This document shows positions 14,437 through 27,109 of a stretch of DNA of 64,000 nt, one piece after another. The stretch is from the human T2T-CHM13v2.0 reference genome, Homo sapiens. Positions within the stretch are counted from its first letter, which is position 1, and the number at the start of each line of letters is the position of its first letter. The stretch lies in assembly GCF_009914755.1 (NCBI RefSeq), contig NC_060944.1. One strand, written 5' to 3'. Made by a program: the position numbers and the translations under genes. The notes beneath the pieces are model-generated. The model was given only the letters and a program-made list of their open reading frames with translations. It ran no database searches and was not told where the DNA came from.

Positions 14437-14885
14437 GTATTCGTCTTCTCGGGCAGCCATAGCAAAGTACCACAGACTGGGTGGTATAAACAACAGAAAT
14501 TTATTGTCTCATGGTTCTGGAGGCTGGAAGTCCAGGATCAAAGTGTAGGCAGGGGTGGTTCCTTCTGAGGGAGAATCTGTTCCACGCCTCTCCCAGCTTC
14601 TTGTTATCTACTACCTGTGTTTGGCATTGCTTGGCTTGTGGAAGCATCTGCCTTCCTCTTCATGGGGCTTCTCCCTGTGTGTGTATCTGTGTCCAACTTT
14701 CTTCTTTTTATACAGAACAAGTCACATAGAATTAGAGTCCTACTCTACTTCAATACGATCGTATCTTAACTAATTACATCCGCAATGACCCTGTTCCCAA
14801 AATAATACCACATTCTTAGGTATCAGGAGCAAGGACTGTCACGTATAAATTTGGGAGGGATGAGGGGGACATAATTCAATCCATA
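14437..14885 (-). mobile_element. MLT1B/C-like MaLR solo LTR
   Basis: TGTATT..GCCATAGCAAAGTACCACAGACTGGGTGG..GTTCTGGAGGCTGGAAGTCC..GGGACATAATTCAATCCATAA. Confidence 0.8.
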
Positions 14886-15024
14886 AGAGATGGCCTCTCA
14901 AAACTCTAAGAAATCCACTGGAATGTAATCTCCATGAAAACATGCCTCAATCACTGTAGTAGTATCAGTACCTTGCACCAAGTAATAGCTCAGTAAATAT
15001 TCATTAAATAAAATAATAAACTCA

Positions 15025-15328
<304 letters not shown>

Positions 15329-15874
15329 TCAAATCATATATAAAAAATGCCATCTGTCGTACATTAATGTAGTAAGTATATATCGAGTTCTCATCACATG
15401 CCATTCAGAGCCAGGTGCTAGGAACACACATAACAAAGAAAAAGATGGGCACATTTGATCCCCTTGAGAGCTTACAGCTTTCAAAAGGATAATTAAATAC
15501 ATGTATGCAACAAAATGTTATCAATAACCTGGAACTGAAAATTTAGGGTATCTTCTCTTGGATTGGAAGCAATAAATATTTTTAAAATTCAAATTCTCCC
15601 CAATAATCTATCTCTAACCAAATTCCTAACAGAGTTTTTTTTTGGGGGGGTGGGGGGAAGCTAGCAAACTATTCCTAAATTTCAGAATAAGAAAGAATTA
15701 GAAAGAATAAATAGCAGAAATGGAAAAGCTAAAAATAACAACTTATATGTATCTTATCAGACATATTCCAAAACAATAACGGTTTTGCAAGATGGAAAGA
15801 GTTCTGGAGAATTGATGGTGATGATGGCTGCACAACGGTGTGAAGGTATTTAATGCCACAGAACTATGCATTTA

Positions 15875-16183
<309 letters not shown>

Positions 16184-16457
16184 ATAATGAAAATTGTAAA
16201 TTTTAGGTGGTATGTATTTTGCCACCATATATAAAAGTTGTAGCAAAGTTATAAAAATAGATCACTGGAATAAGAACATACTCTAGCACATTAGAAGATT
16301 TAAGTACAGAATACAGTTTAGCTGTCATGTTAAGAGAGGAGGAACCATGACACAAATGGTGATGGGATAAATCAAGCCTTGGAGAAAAAAGAAACTTATT
16401 TAAAATCTCATTTTACATCAAGCAAATCCAGATGCATTAAAACTTGAATGTAAAAAG

Positions 16458-16704
<247 letters not shown>

Positions 16705-17559
16705 GCCATCAAAGTGATAGAAGAAAATTTAGTTGCCTAGTAGACAACACTGCTGAAAGAGGACATTTTTTAAAGCATGACACTAGAAATGCCAAATACA
16801 AAATATTGATAGATTTGACAAAATAAAAATAAAAACCTTGCATCACACACACATAGAAAGCTATCCAAGGTATAAGTCAAATTGGGAATACACTTACATC
16901 ATATATGACAAACAATTAACATCCTTAGTACATAGATATTCTCAACATGTGTTGTGACATGAACTCACATAATTGTTTTACAAAAAAGGAGATACATTTA
17001 ACCTATTAATAAAGATCAGTTAAGAAAAAGTAACTACAAATGAAGTAAGGAAACGATCTTCACTCACCAGATTGAAAAAATTCAATGAATGAAAATCACA
17101 AGCTGGCAACCTTCCTTGCATGTGGCTTTGTAAAATGCTATCAAAATGTAATACATGCATTTATTTAAATACAGCAATTACATTGTCCATAGTCACACAT
17201 AGGTACAAAAACATATGAAGATTAAGAGTGACCAGTAGAAACAAGCCAAAGGGACATAGGGCATTTTGATGTGAAGTTTTGAAGTCCCTGAGTACGTTTT
17301 GCTATGGGAACAGTCTTTTTCCTGCATGTGGCTTGTCTCCACAAACAGGTGCTTACACTCTCAACACATGCACAGGGGACAGAATGACTCTGTTTTGTGC
17401 TTCTTTTAGAAGTGATTTCCTCTGAGGGTTGTTGAACCTTTGAAAGCTTCCTTGTGTACACCCACCTGCTCCTATCACATTCTTAAAGACCGATTTTCAT
17501 GAAATGACCCTAAATGATTCATTGCACCATTACTTCGGGATGTTCAGAATAATTTTTCA

Positions 17560-19135
17560 GTTTTTGTATTTTTTTATTTATTGTGTTTTTATTCTCTGTT
17601 TTATTCGGTTCTACTCTAATCTTTAGTAGTTCACTCTTTCTGCTTCCTTTGGGATTAGTTTGCTCTTCTTTTTCTAGTTTCTTAAGGCTCAATGTTAGGC
17701 AATGTTAGGTTATTGGTTGGAGACTTTTTAAAAAAATACATAGGTGTTTACAGTTTAAATTTTGTTTTAAACACTGTTTTAGTTATATTCTATAGTTTCG
17801 GCATATTGTGTTTTTACTTTTAGTCATTTCAGAGTATTATCTAATTTCTTTTGTAATTTCTTCTTTTACCTATTGATTATGTGGTAGTGTATTGTTTAAT
17901 TTCCACATATTTGTGAATTTCCCAAATTTCCTTTTGTCAATAATTTCTAATTTAATTCCATTGTGGTCAGAGGGTCTACTTTGAATGACTTCAATCCTTT
18001 TAAGTTTACTATATCTTGATTTATGGCCTACCATGTAGCTTATTCTTGAGAAGATCTCATGTGTGCTTAAAAACTGAAGTATTCTGCTGTTGTTGACTGG
18101 GGTGCTCTGTGGATTTATTTTAGGTTTAGTTGGTTTATACTGTTGATCAAGTCTTCTTTCCTTACTGTTCTTCTGTCTTCTGGGTCTATCCATTATTGAA
18201 AGTGGGGTGTTAAATTCTCCAACTATTGTTGACTTGTCTATTTCTCACTTCCCCTCTGCCTGCCTTCGTGTATTTTGGGACTCTATTGATAGGTGGATAA
18301 ATGTTTATAATCATTATGTCTTTCTGGAGGATATTTTAGTGTTATAAAATGTACCTTCTTACCTGCAGTTACAATTTTTTTCCCTTAAAGTCAATTTTGT
18401 TTCATGTTAGTATAGCCACTCTTTCTCTTTCAATCACTATTTGCATGTTATATAATTTGCTGTTCTTTTAATGTCTTCGAATCTGAAGTGTCTCTTGTAG
18501 ACAGCATATATAGCATCATATGTTTTATCCATTTTAGCCATTCTGCCTTTTTATTTGAAGTGTTTAATTCATTTAAATTTAAAATAATTACTCACAAAGT
18601 AGAATTTACACATGCCATTTTGCTATTTGTGGTCTATGTTTCACATCTTTTTTTATTTCTTCATTGCTTCATTATTGCCTTCTTTAGAGCTAAGCAGACA
18701 TTTCCCAGCATAGTATTTAAATTGTCTTACTATTTCTTCAAAAATATTTTTCAGTTTTTTATTAGTAGTTTCCCTGTGGATTATAGTTAGCATCTTAACT
18801 TAAAACAATCTAGTTTGGATTAATACCAAGTTAATTTCCATTGTACAAAGAAACTTTGCTTCGATAAAGCTTTGTTCTCTTTCTATTCCTTGTGCCACTA
18901 TTGTCATACAAATTACATCTTCACACATTATAAAACCATCAACATGGTTTTATAATTATTACTTTTATTAGTTGTATTTTAAATCAGGTGGGAGAAGAAA
19001 GGAGTTACAAAAAAAGCACTTATACTGTCTTTCATATTTACCTATATAGCTACCTTTATCAGCCTCTTTATTTTTTCAGGTGAATTCAAGTTACTGACTA
19101 GTGTCCTTTCCTTTCGGCCTGAAGGACTATCATTG
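17560..19135 (-). mobile_element. Old L1M fragment including the ORF2 endonuclease region
   Basis: ORF 17870-18193 contains L1 EN motifs (FSRI..GHK, SDHNGIKLEI, WKLNN). Confidence 0.85.
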
Positions 19136-19139
19136 AATC

Positions 19140-20480
19140 CTTTTTTATAAGTCTTATGTTGTTTTCAGCTAACACAATAATTGCATGTATTTACAGGGCA
19201 CAGGGTGATGTTTTGATGCATGTATACATCTGTAATGATTAAATTAGGGTAATTAACATATCCATCACTTCAAACATTTATCACTTTTTGTGGCAACAAT
19301 GTTCAATCCTTTCCTCTTGCTATTTTTGAATATACATTATTTTTCACTGCAGTGACCCTACTGGGCAATAGAACACCAGAACTCATTTCACCTGCCCAAC
19401 TGTAACTTTATACCTGTTGATCAACCTCTCCCCATCGCCCCTCCTCCCTGCCCTCCCCAGGCCCTGGAAACTACGATTCTACTCTTTACTTCTATGATGT
19501 CAGCTTTTTAGATTTCCAATATGAGTGAGATCACACAATACTTGTCCTTCTGTGATTGGCTCATGTCACTTAACATAATGTTTTCTAGGTTCATCCATGT
19601 TGCTGCAAAGGACAAGAGTTCATTATTTTTTATGGCTGAATAGTACTCCATCGTGTGTATACACAACATGTTCTTTACCCATTCTTCTGTTGATGAACAC
19701 CTACATCGATTTCATATCTTGGTTACTGCGAATTGTCCTGCAATAAACATGGGAGTGTAGTGATTTCTTTGACATACTCATTTCATTTCCTTTGGATATA
19801 TACCCAGTAGTGGGACTGTTGAATCACATGGTAGTTCTGTTTTTAATTTTCTGAGGGATCTCCGTGCTGTACTAAGGTACTAATTTACATTCCTACCAAC
19901 AGTGTTGAACAGTTCCTTTCTTGACATCCTCACCAGGATTTGTTATTTTGCCTTTCTGATAATATCCATTCTAACTGGGATGAGATGATATCTCATGTGG
20001 CTTTGATTTGCATTTCCTGGATCTGTGATGGGTAAGCATTTTTTTCATACACCTGTTAGCCATTTGTATGTCTTCTCTTGAGAAATCTCTGTTCAGATAT
20101 TTTACCCATTCTTTAATCAAATTATTGTCTTTTTTTTTGCTACTGAGTTGAGTTTCTTATATACCCTGGATATTAACGCTTTGTCAGATGCATAGTTTGC
20201 AAATATTCTCTCCTAATCTGCAGGTTGTCTTTTTGTTCTGTTGTTTCCTTTGCTTCCATGCAGAAGCTTCTTAGTTTCATGTAATTCCATTTGTCTATTT
20301 TTGCTTTTGTTGCCTGTTCTTTTGAAGTTCTGTTCAAAAAATCCTTGTCCAGACCAGGGCCATGAAGTGTTTTACCTATGTTTTCTTCTAATAGTTTAGG
20401 ATCTTACATTTAAATTTCCCATTCTTTTTGGGTTCATTTTTGTATACAGTGAGAAATAAGGGTCTATATTATTCTTCTTC
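19140..20480 (-). mobile_element. L1MA-like 3' end with ORF2 C-terminal remnant
   Basis: AAATTAGGGTAATTAACATATCCATCAC..; TTTGGATATATACCCAGTAGTGGGA. Confidence 0.85.
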
Positions 20481-21059
20481 ATGTTTAAGCATTTTAAAGC
20501 CCTCCATGGACCTCTTTTTTCCCCGATATTTTGTTGTGAGTTTTTGGCCAAACTTTTGTTTGTCTCAATTGATATATCATACAGCTGCATTTTAAACAAT
20601 TGCCACTGATTGTTTCAACAAACACCCAGAAGATAGGCTTTGTTCAATGGGATTGAGTTCTGTGTCAGGTCAAATAACTCCAAAGTTCTAAGAATGGCTT
20701 TTCCTGGTGAGACAGGTCAAATAATGTCAAGGTTCCAGGTATGGAATTTTTGAAGATTCCCAAACCTAGCATTTTTCTTACATTGGCTCCAAAGCTGCTA
20801 CTTCTCACAGATATTGTAGTCATGAGTTGGTAGTTTTTAAGATGACTGTGGAGCCAGGTAGAAGGGGATGGAAGTAGGTCAAGTTAAAAGCCATGGGCCC
20901 TGCTATTCCTACTAAAGTTCAGGAGTTCCTCTTGATCAAATGCTCCTCAGGTTGTTGCCACCTTTGGTGAATCTCTAGAATTCTGAAAAAGTTGATATTG
21001 AAATATTTTCTCAGAATTGTTGTTGCTTTCATGAAAGGGAATATTTACAGATGTCCTCA

Positions 21060-21283
21060 CAAAGGGGTGTCCAATTTTTTGGCTTCCCCAGGCCACATTG
21101 GAGGAAGAAGAATTGTCTTGGGCCACACATAAAATACACTAACACTAATGATAGCTGATGTGCCAAAAAAAATTGCAGAAAAATCTTACAATGTTTTTAA
21201 AAAGTTTACAAATTTGTGTTGGGCTACATTCAAAACCGTCCTGGGCCACATAAGGCCCCTGGGCGGTGGGTTAGACAAGCTTG
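21060..21283 (+). mobile_element. MER30 hAT-Charlie element
   Basis: GGGGTGTCCAAT..TTTTGGCTTCCC..GGCCACACATAAAATACACTAACACTAA..GACAAGCTTG. Confidence 0.9.
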
Positions 21284-21379
21284 CTCTACTATTTCTGAAG
21301 TCCTGCCCCCCAGGCTGTCTTGGAGGAGAGAGTTTCCCTAGAAGGCATACAGTCCTTAAAAGCACATTTCTTCTCTCCC

Positions 21380-22199
21380 TGTTTTATAGATTTAACTGTA
21401 TGTTTCCATCACCCCAAAATTCCTATGTTGAAGTCTCAACCTCCAATGTGACCTTGTTTGGTGATAGGACTTTTAGGAGGTAATTAAGATTAAAAGAGGT
21501 CATAAAGATGGAGTTCTACATCAACTGTAGATTGGGTAATAAAAATGTGTCACATATACACCATGGAATACTATGCAGCCATAAAAAGAATAAGATTGTG
21601 TATTCTGCAGGAACATGAATGGAGCTGAAGGCCATCATTCTTAGCAAACTAACACAGGAAGAGAAAACCAAATACTGCATGTTCTCACTTATAAGTGGGA
21701 GCTAAATGATGAGAACACATGGACACAAAGAGAGGAACAACAGACCCTGGGGCCTACTTGAAGGCAGAGGGTAAGAGGAGGAAGACAATCAGGAAAAATA
21801 ATTATTGGGTGCTAGGCTTAGTACCTGGGTGACAAAATAACCTGTACAACAAACCTCCGTGACATGAGTTTACCCTTAAAACAAACCTGCACATGTACCC
21901 CTGACCTAAAATAAATGTTAAATAAAGATGAGGTTCTAATTTGCTAGAATCGATGGCCTTATAAGAAAAGGAAGAGCAAGGCCTCGCTCTCTCTCCAGGT
22001 ACACACTGCAAGGAAAGGCCAGGTTAGACACGGGGAGAATGTGGCCCTTTTCAAGCTAAGAAGAAAGCCCTCACCAAGAACTAAGTAAGCTGGTAGCTTG
22101 GTTTGTCTTGGACTTCCAGCCTCCAGGAGAAATAAGTTTCTGTGTTTAGCCCACCCAGTCTATAATATTTTGTTATAACAGTTCCAGTGGACTAAGACA
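21380..22199 (+). mobile_element. MLT1A/MST-like MaLR LTR split by an L1PA insertion
   Basis: CCCCAAAATTCCTATGTTGAAGTC..; resumes at ~21925 and ends ..GACTAAGACA. Confidence 0.8.
21519..21922 (+). mobile_element. L1PA (PA13-16-like) 3' end inserted in the MaLR LTR
   Basis: CACCATGGAATACTATGCAGCCATAAAAAAG..ATAAGTGGGAGCTAAATGATGAGAAC; TSD ATAAAGATG(GA/AG)GTTCTA. Confidence 0.9.
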
Positions 22200-22789
22200 C
22201 CCAGGTAATACCTGTGCCTGATCTGTTACTCCATGTGAAATGATCTAAGCTTCATGGTCAGGACATGAATTGATATATATTATATGTAAGGGAATCATGT
22301 AATATCCATTTAAGTTTTGGTTAAAAAAAGTTATAGCCCCCTATGACCAAGAATATTCATTTCTATTCATTTTATAGATATTAAAACATTGCACAAAATT
22401 ATGTTACGATATGTTTATTATGGAATTATTTATAGATATTTATTCCCATTATTCTTAAATTAGAGAACTGTCATTGATAAAACAGCTGAGTATGAAGAAT
22501 AGAGTATGTAGGTTGTAGACATGAGTAGAGTTTAACAATATTCACTTAAAGAAAAATAATTAAAAACTCCGTTATGTCGATGTGCTTTTGTCTATGAATG
22601 CATGTTCATTGAGAAAGTTATGTAAGGATATTTATAGCATTGGCTATTACACAGGAGTAGCAAAAGAGAGTAAAGTAGCTTTAAAAAGTTCTCCAGGAAA
22701 CTGGAAAAATAAGCATGGTAATGTGAAATAAAAAGTGCAACATAAAAGTTACGGACTAAACTACCACAGATATAATAAAAATTGAATAA

Positions 22790-22930
22790 TCACATTCACT
22801 TATTCATTACGTTCACTAAATAAGTTCAGTCTGAGAACCTTCTGGGTGCCAGGCATTTCTAGACACTGAATTAGCAGTGAATAAAATAGATAGTCTTATG
22901 CTTTGTGAAACTTACATTCTAGGAAAACAC
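22790..22930 (-). mobile_element. L2 3' fragment
   Basis: CATTCACTTATTCATT..GGGTGCCAGGCATT..AGCAGTGAATAAAATAGA. Confidence 0.6.
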
Positions 22931-23752
22931 CAAAGGATATTGACCAGAAATTTGCTAAGTGTATAATAGCATAGGAAATGAGATTGTAATGTTTTTGCTT
23001 AGACTTGTATTACCATTTCATTTAACAGTAAAACTATCCATAAGAATAAAATAGCCATAGTTTTTTATTAAGACATGTTAAATTAAAAATCCACTAGGAA
23101 GGGTCACACCTTATTGTCAGCCGTGGACAACGTAGCCTGAACAAGTTCTTATTCCATTTCTGAGCATGTGAGCAAGAAGTGGTTGAAAGGTAGGACAGAG
23201 GAGCTACAGAAGACCCACAGCATAAACAGACTCTGGGGGCACCAGGGAATTGGGAGATGCACTTCATCCAGGTCCCACCTATGACCATGAAGTCTATGAC
23301 TTCCAGTGCCTGTGCCCTTCAAGACAAGCTGCCTGACTCAGGATACTCAGATGCCCAAAATGATCTGACCACCACCACGTAGGACCTCCCTTTTTTGGAC
23401 TCTTATGGAATGAGTACTGGTCCTGGTGTTCTACAGAAATACAGATAAAAGCTCAGACATTCTGCCAGGAGCCATGGGAATGAGGATGTTTCCACCAGCA
23501 AAGGATCAGCCTACAACTATTAAAAATGCCTTGTTCACAGAACTCTACAAAATAGCTCTTTATCTAAAAAATTGCCATGGCAAATATCACCCCAGTGAAT
23601 TAGGTGTTTGTGTGTTTTGCGGAAAGTGGTATCTTTTCTAAAAGATTGCTACCTAAATAAGAATGCTCTGGAGAGTCTAATACGGAAATGAAAGGATGGT
23701 TCTGTCAACTTTGGTGTCTCTTTTAAGGAAGAGAAATGTATTGCTCTGTGCT

Positions 23753-23891
23753 GCTCTCCTCTCTCTCTCTCTTGCTCTCTCTCTCTCTCTCTCTCCCCCC
23801 CACCTCTTTCTCTCTCTCTCAGTCTCTCTCCCTCTCTCAGTCTCTCTCTCCCCTCCTCCTCTCTCCTTTTCCATCTCTCTCTCCCTCTCTC
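23753..23891 (+). repeat. (CT)n-rich polypyrimidine tract
   Basis: Direct observation; source of the ERE/LSL ORFs. Confidence 0.95.
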
Positions 23892-25569
23892 ATTGTTTCC
23901 TGTGCTCAAACTGTCAGAAAGTCCTCAAATCTAAGCAATCAGCCTGGAGAGCTTCAGGCTGTGCACGCCACAGAGAGGGTGTGACATATTTACATATTTA
24001 AAGGGAATGAGCCTCCAGTTCTCAATGGGGACATGGTGGGGTTTTTAGCTTTCTAAGGCAACATCACCTATTCCTGGAAACAATTAGAGTGCTACACAAT
24101 AGCCCCCATGCAAACTCCGCAGTGACAGGAACATGAAAGGAAAGAGAATATGGGCTTTGCAGAAACAGCCTCTTACTCGCCGTTGACAGGGAAGGAAGGT
24201 GGAATACCCACTGCAGTGAACACCTCCAATGGTCTCACTGTGGGGAAGCTGCCAGCCTTCTGCCTTCACAAGATGGATGGAGCCCTAGGAAGGCACTATT
24301 GTGTGACGGGCTTTGTATATTAAGTATGTGGTGTTGAGAACTCAGGCCAGCTTGACCAGCCATTTCCCATGGAGGGGCTGCACTGAATTCAGTATAGCAG
24401 GTTAGAAAGCAATGGGGGTTTTGTTTTTGTTTTTTCAAGGCAGATACATTCTGTGGGCATTGCCCATGAAATGAAATCAAAACAATATTTCTCTTCTGTT
24501 CAGTGCCCAAGAATAAGGCCTGTGTCGTGGTCTCCACAAGATGAGCTGGAGGCTCTGGGGGCTGGTGCCCTCCGCAGTCCTCACACACACCGTTAACTGG
24601 GTGAGGTCCAGGTGCCAAGCTCTGTGCTAGATCCTTCACAGGCATTAATTATCGTTCTTTCAACAATCCAGCAGCATAGATGGTGATGAGCTTGAAAGTG
24701 GAGGAATGAAGTGTTTTTTAACTTTGTGTCTTTATTATCATTTTCCTTTTGTATCAAGACCATTCAGCATGTAAATGGCAGAGCTGGGAGGTGAGCCTAC
24801 CTCCCTTGCTCCAAAGGCTCCCCTTCTACAATGAAGCAGTGTCTCGAGCAGGATTACCCACCTGCACCTAGTCCCTCCCACTGTAGATGCAGGCACACCC
24901 AAGGAGCATCCTGCAAGTGTGAGCCCTGCCCATTAAGAGGCTCTCAAAGAGTGTACCATGAGTGAATGAATGAATGATTTTACTTATGTCAGGAACTGAG
25001 AGCTCCTGGGGGGCTGTAGGTTGTAACTTCCTGGTCTGCATTTTATCCCCAAGGTGGATGCCACTACTTTAAAAGTGGAGTGAAAAGTCCTTTCATAGCT
25101 GTCCAGGTTGTTGGCTTCCTGGGAGCTGTCCGAGGCGCTGAACGGATGCTGCTGTTAGGAGCGTGATGTTAGTTCTGCGATGGTAAAAGAACAGTTCCTG
25201 CTTTTGAGTTTCTGCTCGCCCTGAAAGTTGCCTTCTGGCTGCAGCTCAACAAAGCCAGCCACCTCCCCCCATTTCCATTCTGCCTGATGCTGGCTAATTG
25301 CAGAAACTATAATTTGGGCCCAGCTATATGCCTCTGCCCCACCCCAGTGCTGACCCACTCTCCACAAACCATGTTCTGGCCCCAACTCAGTGCCATGCAC
25401 AAGCTTCTTTGCCAAAGACAATGGGAACCCTACAGGGATTGGTGCAAAGAATCATCTCACAGAATAGTTTGAATGCATCTGGGCATGCCTCAGTGCTGAG
25501 GCCGCATAAACCCTCAGCTCAGTGTGGGCTGGACAGCAGTGTCACCAGAAGCCTGCATTTTTCACCTCT

Positions 25570-26090
25570 GGAGTAAAGGGGAGTTAAAACCTAAATGGAG
25601 ACTTACAAAGAGGTAGAAATTAATCCAAAACCAAAAGAATAAGAAGGGTCTGAGGTGATGAAGGTGATTCTGGGCAGAGCAAATTACAGCAATGAAGACT
25701 CTGAAGTGGGAGATGGGGTAGTTGGGCATGTTTAAGGCAGACAGGAGGTCATGGTGGACCTGGATCCTGGTGATCAGGTAGAAGAGTGGATGGAGATGAG
25801 ATTGAAAGGCATCCAGGGAACGTAAATGACCATCCAGGGAAGGAGTACACACAGAGAAAGAGCTGTTATTTTAGCTAGAGGGCTGAATTAGTGGTCATGG
25901 GAAGGTGTCTAAAGTCATTATTAACATACATAACTATGTTAAAATATTCATTTGTTTGCCTATTTGTTCATTTTCTAGCTTCCCCAGAAGAATGCAGTCT
26001 ACATGAAGGCAAGGACAATGTCCCTCATGCATCCACCACACCTAGAGTCATACCTGCATGTGGTCCACCTCAATAAATATTTATTGAATG
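25570..26090. mobile_element. L2 fragments
   Basis: GCAGAGCAAATTACAGCAATGAAGACTCTGAAGTGGGA..; 3' end CCTCAATAAATATTTATTGAATG. Confidence 0.55.
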
Positions 26091-26707
26091 TGGAAGGAGA
26101 GCAGCCTACCTGAACATATGTTAGAGACAAAATCATTTTCAGCACACAAGTCAGTCACAGCCTTGAGACACGTGGGCTGATTAATGGGGAAAATGGCAGG
26201 GGCAGGGAATCACACTGCAATAAACTTCCCCTAATCCCATCTCTTCCCTTTCAGCTACAGCCCTTTCTTGATTAGAGAAGCAGGAAAAGTTAATATGTGG
26301 AGATTTTTCCTCCCCTTCCCTGCCTCCATGAGCACCATTAATAATTTAGTGCAATCTTTCTTCTTATTGGTGCAAGTTATTTGTAAAATGTCATTATCCA
26401 AACCATTCACTACATTTGGGGGCATAGCACATGCTGAATGCCTAGTTCCCTTCTGTGGGAACTACCTGCACACAGATCATTACCAAGCACTGCTTGCTCT
26501 CTGTAACTGTTAGTGGGTATCACACTTACCCACAGCTTGTTCCAAAGATGGTTCTTGTATTTGCATGTTGCCCCATATGGGGGGAGTTGGTAGAAATCCT
26601 CAACATCTTGCAGCCGTGAGTTTTGACCTAATGCAATGTGTAATACAGAATAGAAATCTAATAATAATTTGGTAAATTAAAGAAGGAATGTGTTGATCCA
26701 TTACGTG

Positions 26708-26708
<1 letters not shown>

Positions 26709-26742
<34 letters not shown>
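26709..26742 (+). repeat. Pure T34 homopolymer inside an L2 remnant
   Basis: Direct count. Confidence 0.95.
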
Positions 26743-26744
<2 letters not shown>

Positions 26745-27109
26745 CAGGTACTGCACTAGGCTTGGGATTTGGGAGTTGAATATGACCCATTGAAGTTGTC
26801 AGTGCAACTCCTACTATAGTAGGAGAGAGTAAGACAAATTCAGGCACAAGTAAATCACTTGGCAAAGCAACTTCCATGTCATAAGAAATGCAGAGCAGTG
26901 GCACAAAGGAAAGACCATGAGTATCCTGAGAACCTCGTCTCCTTGTTCTCTGCTCTATTCTCAGAGCTGGGAAATACATGTGGCATGTAAACAGGCATTC
27001 AATGAATGCTAGATACAAGAATAAAACTCAAAATTTATTTACCAAAAAAACATATCTGGCATTGAGCAATATCTATCTCAACTATGTCTAACAGAGAACA
27101 ATTATATAA

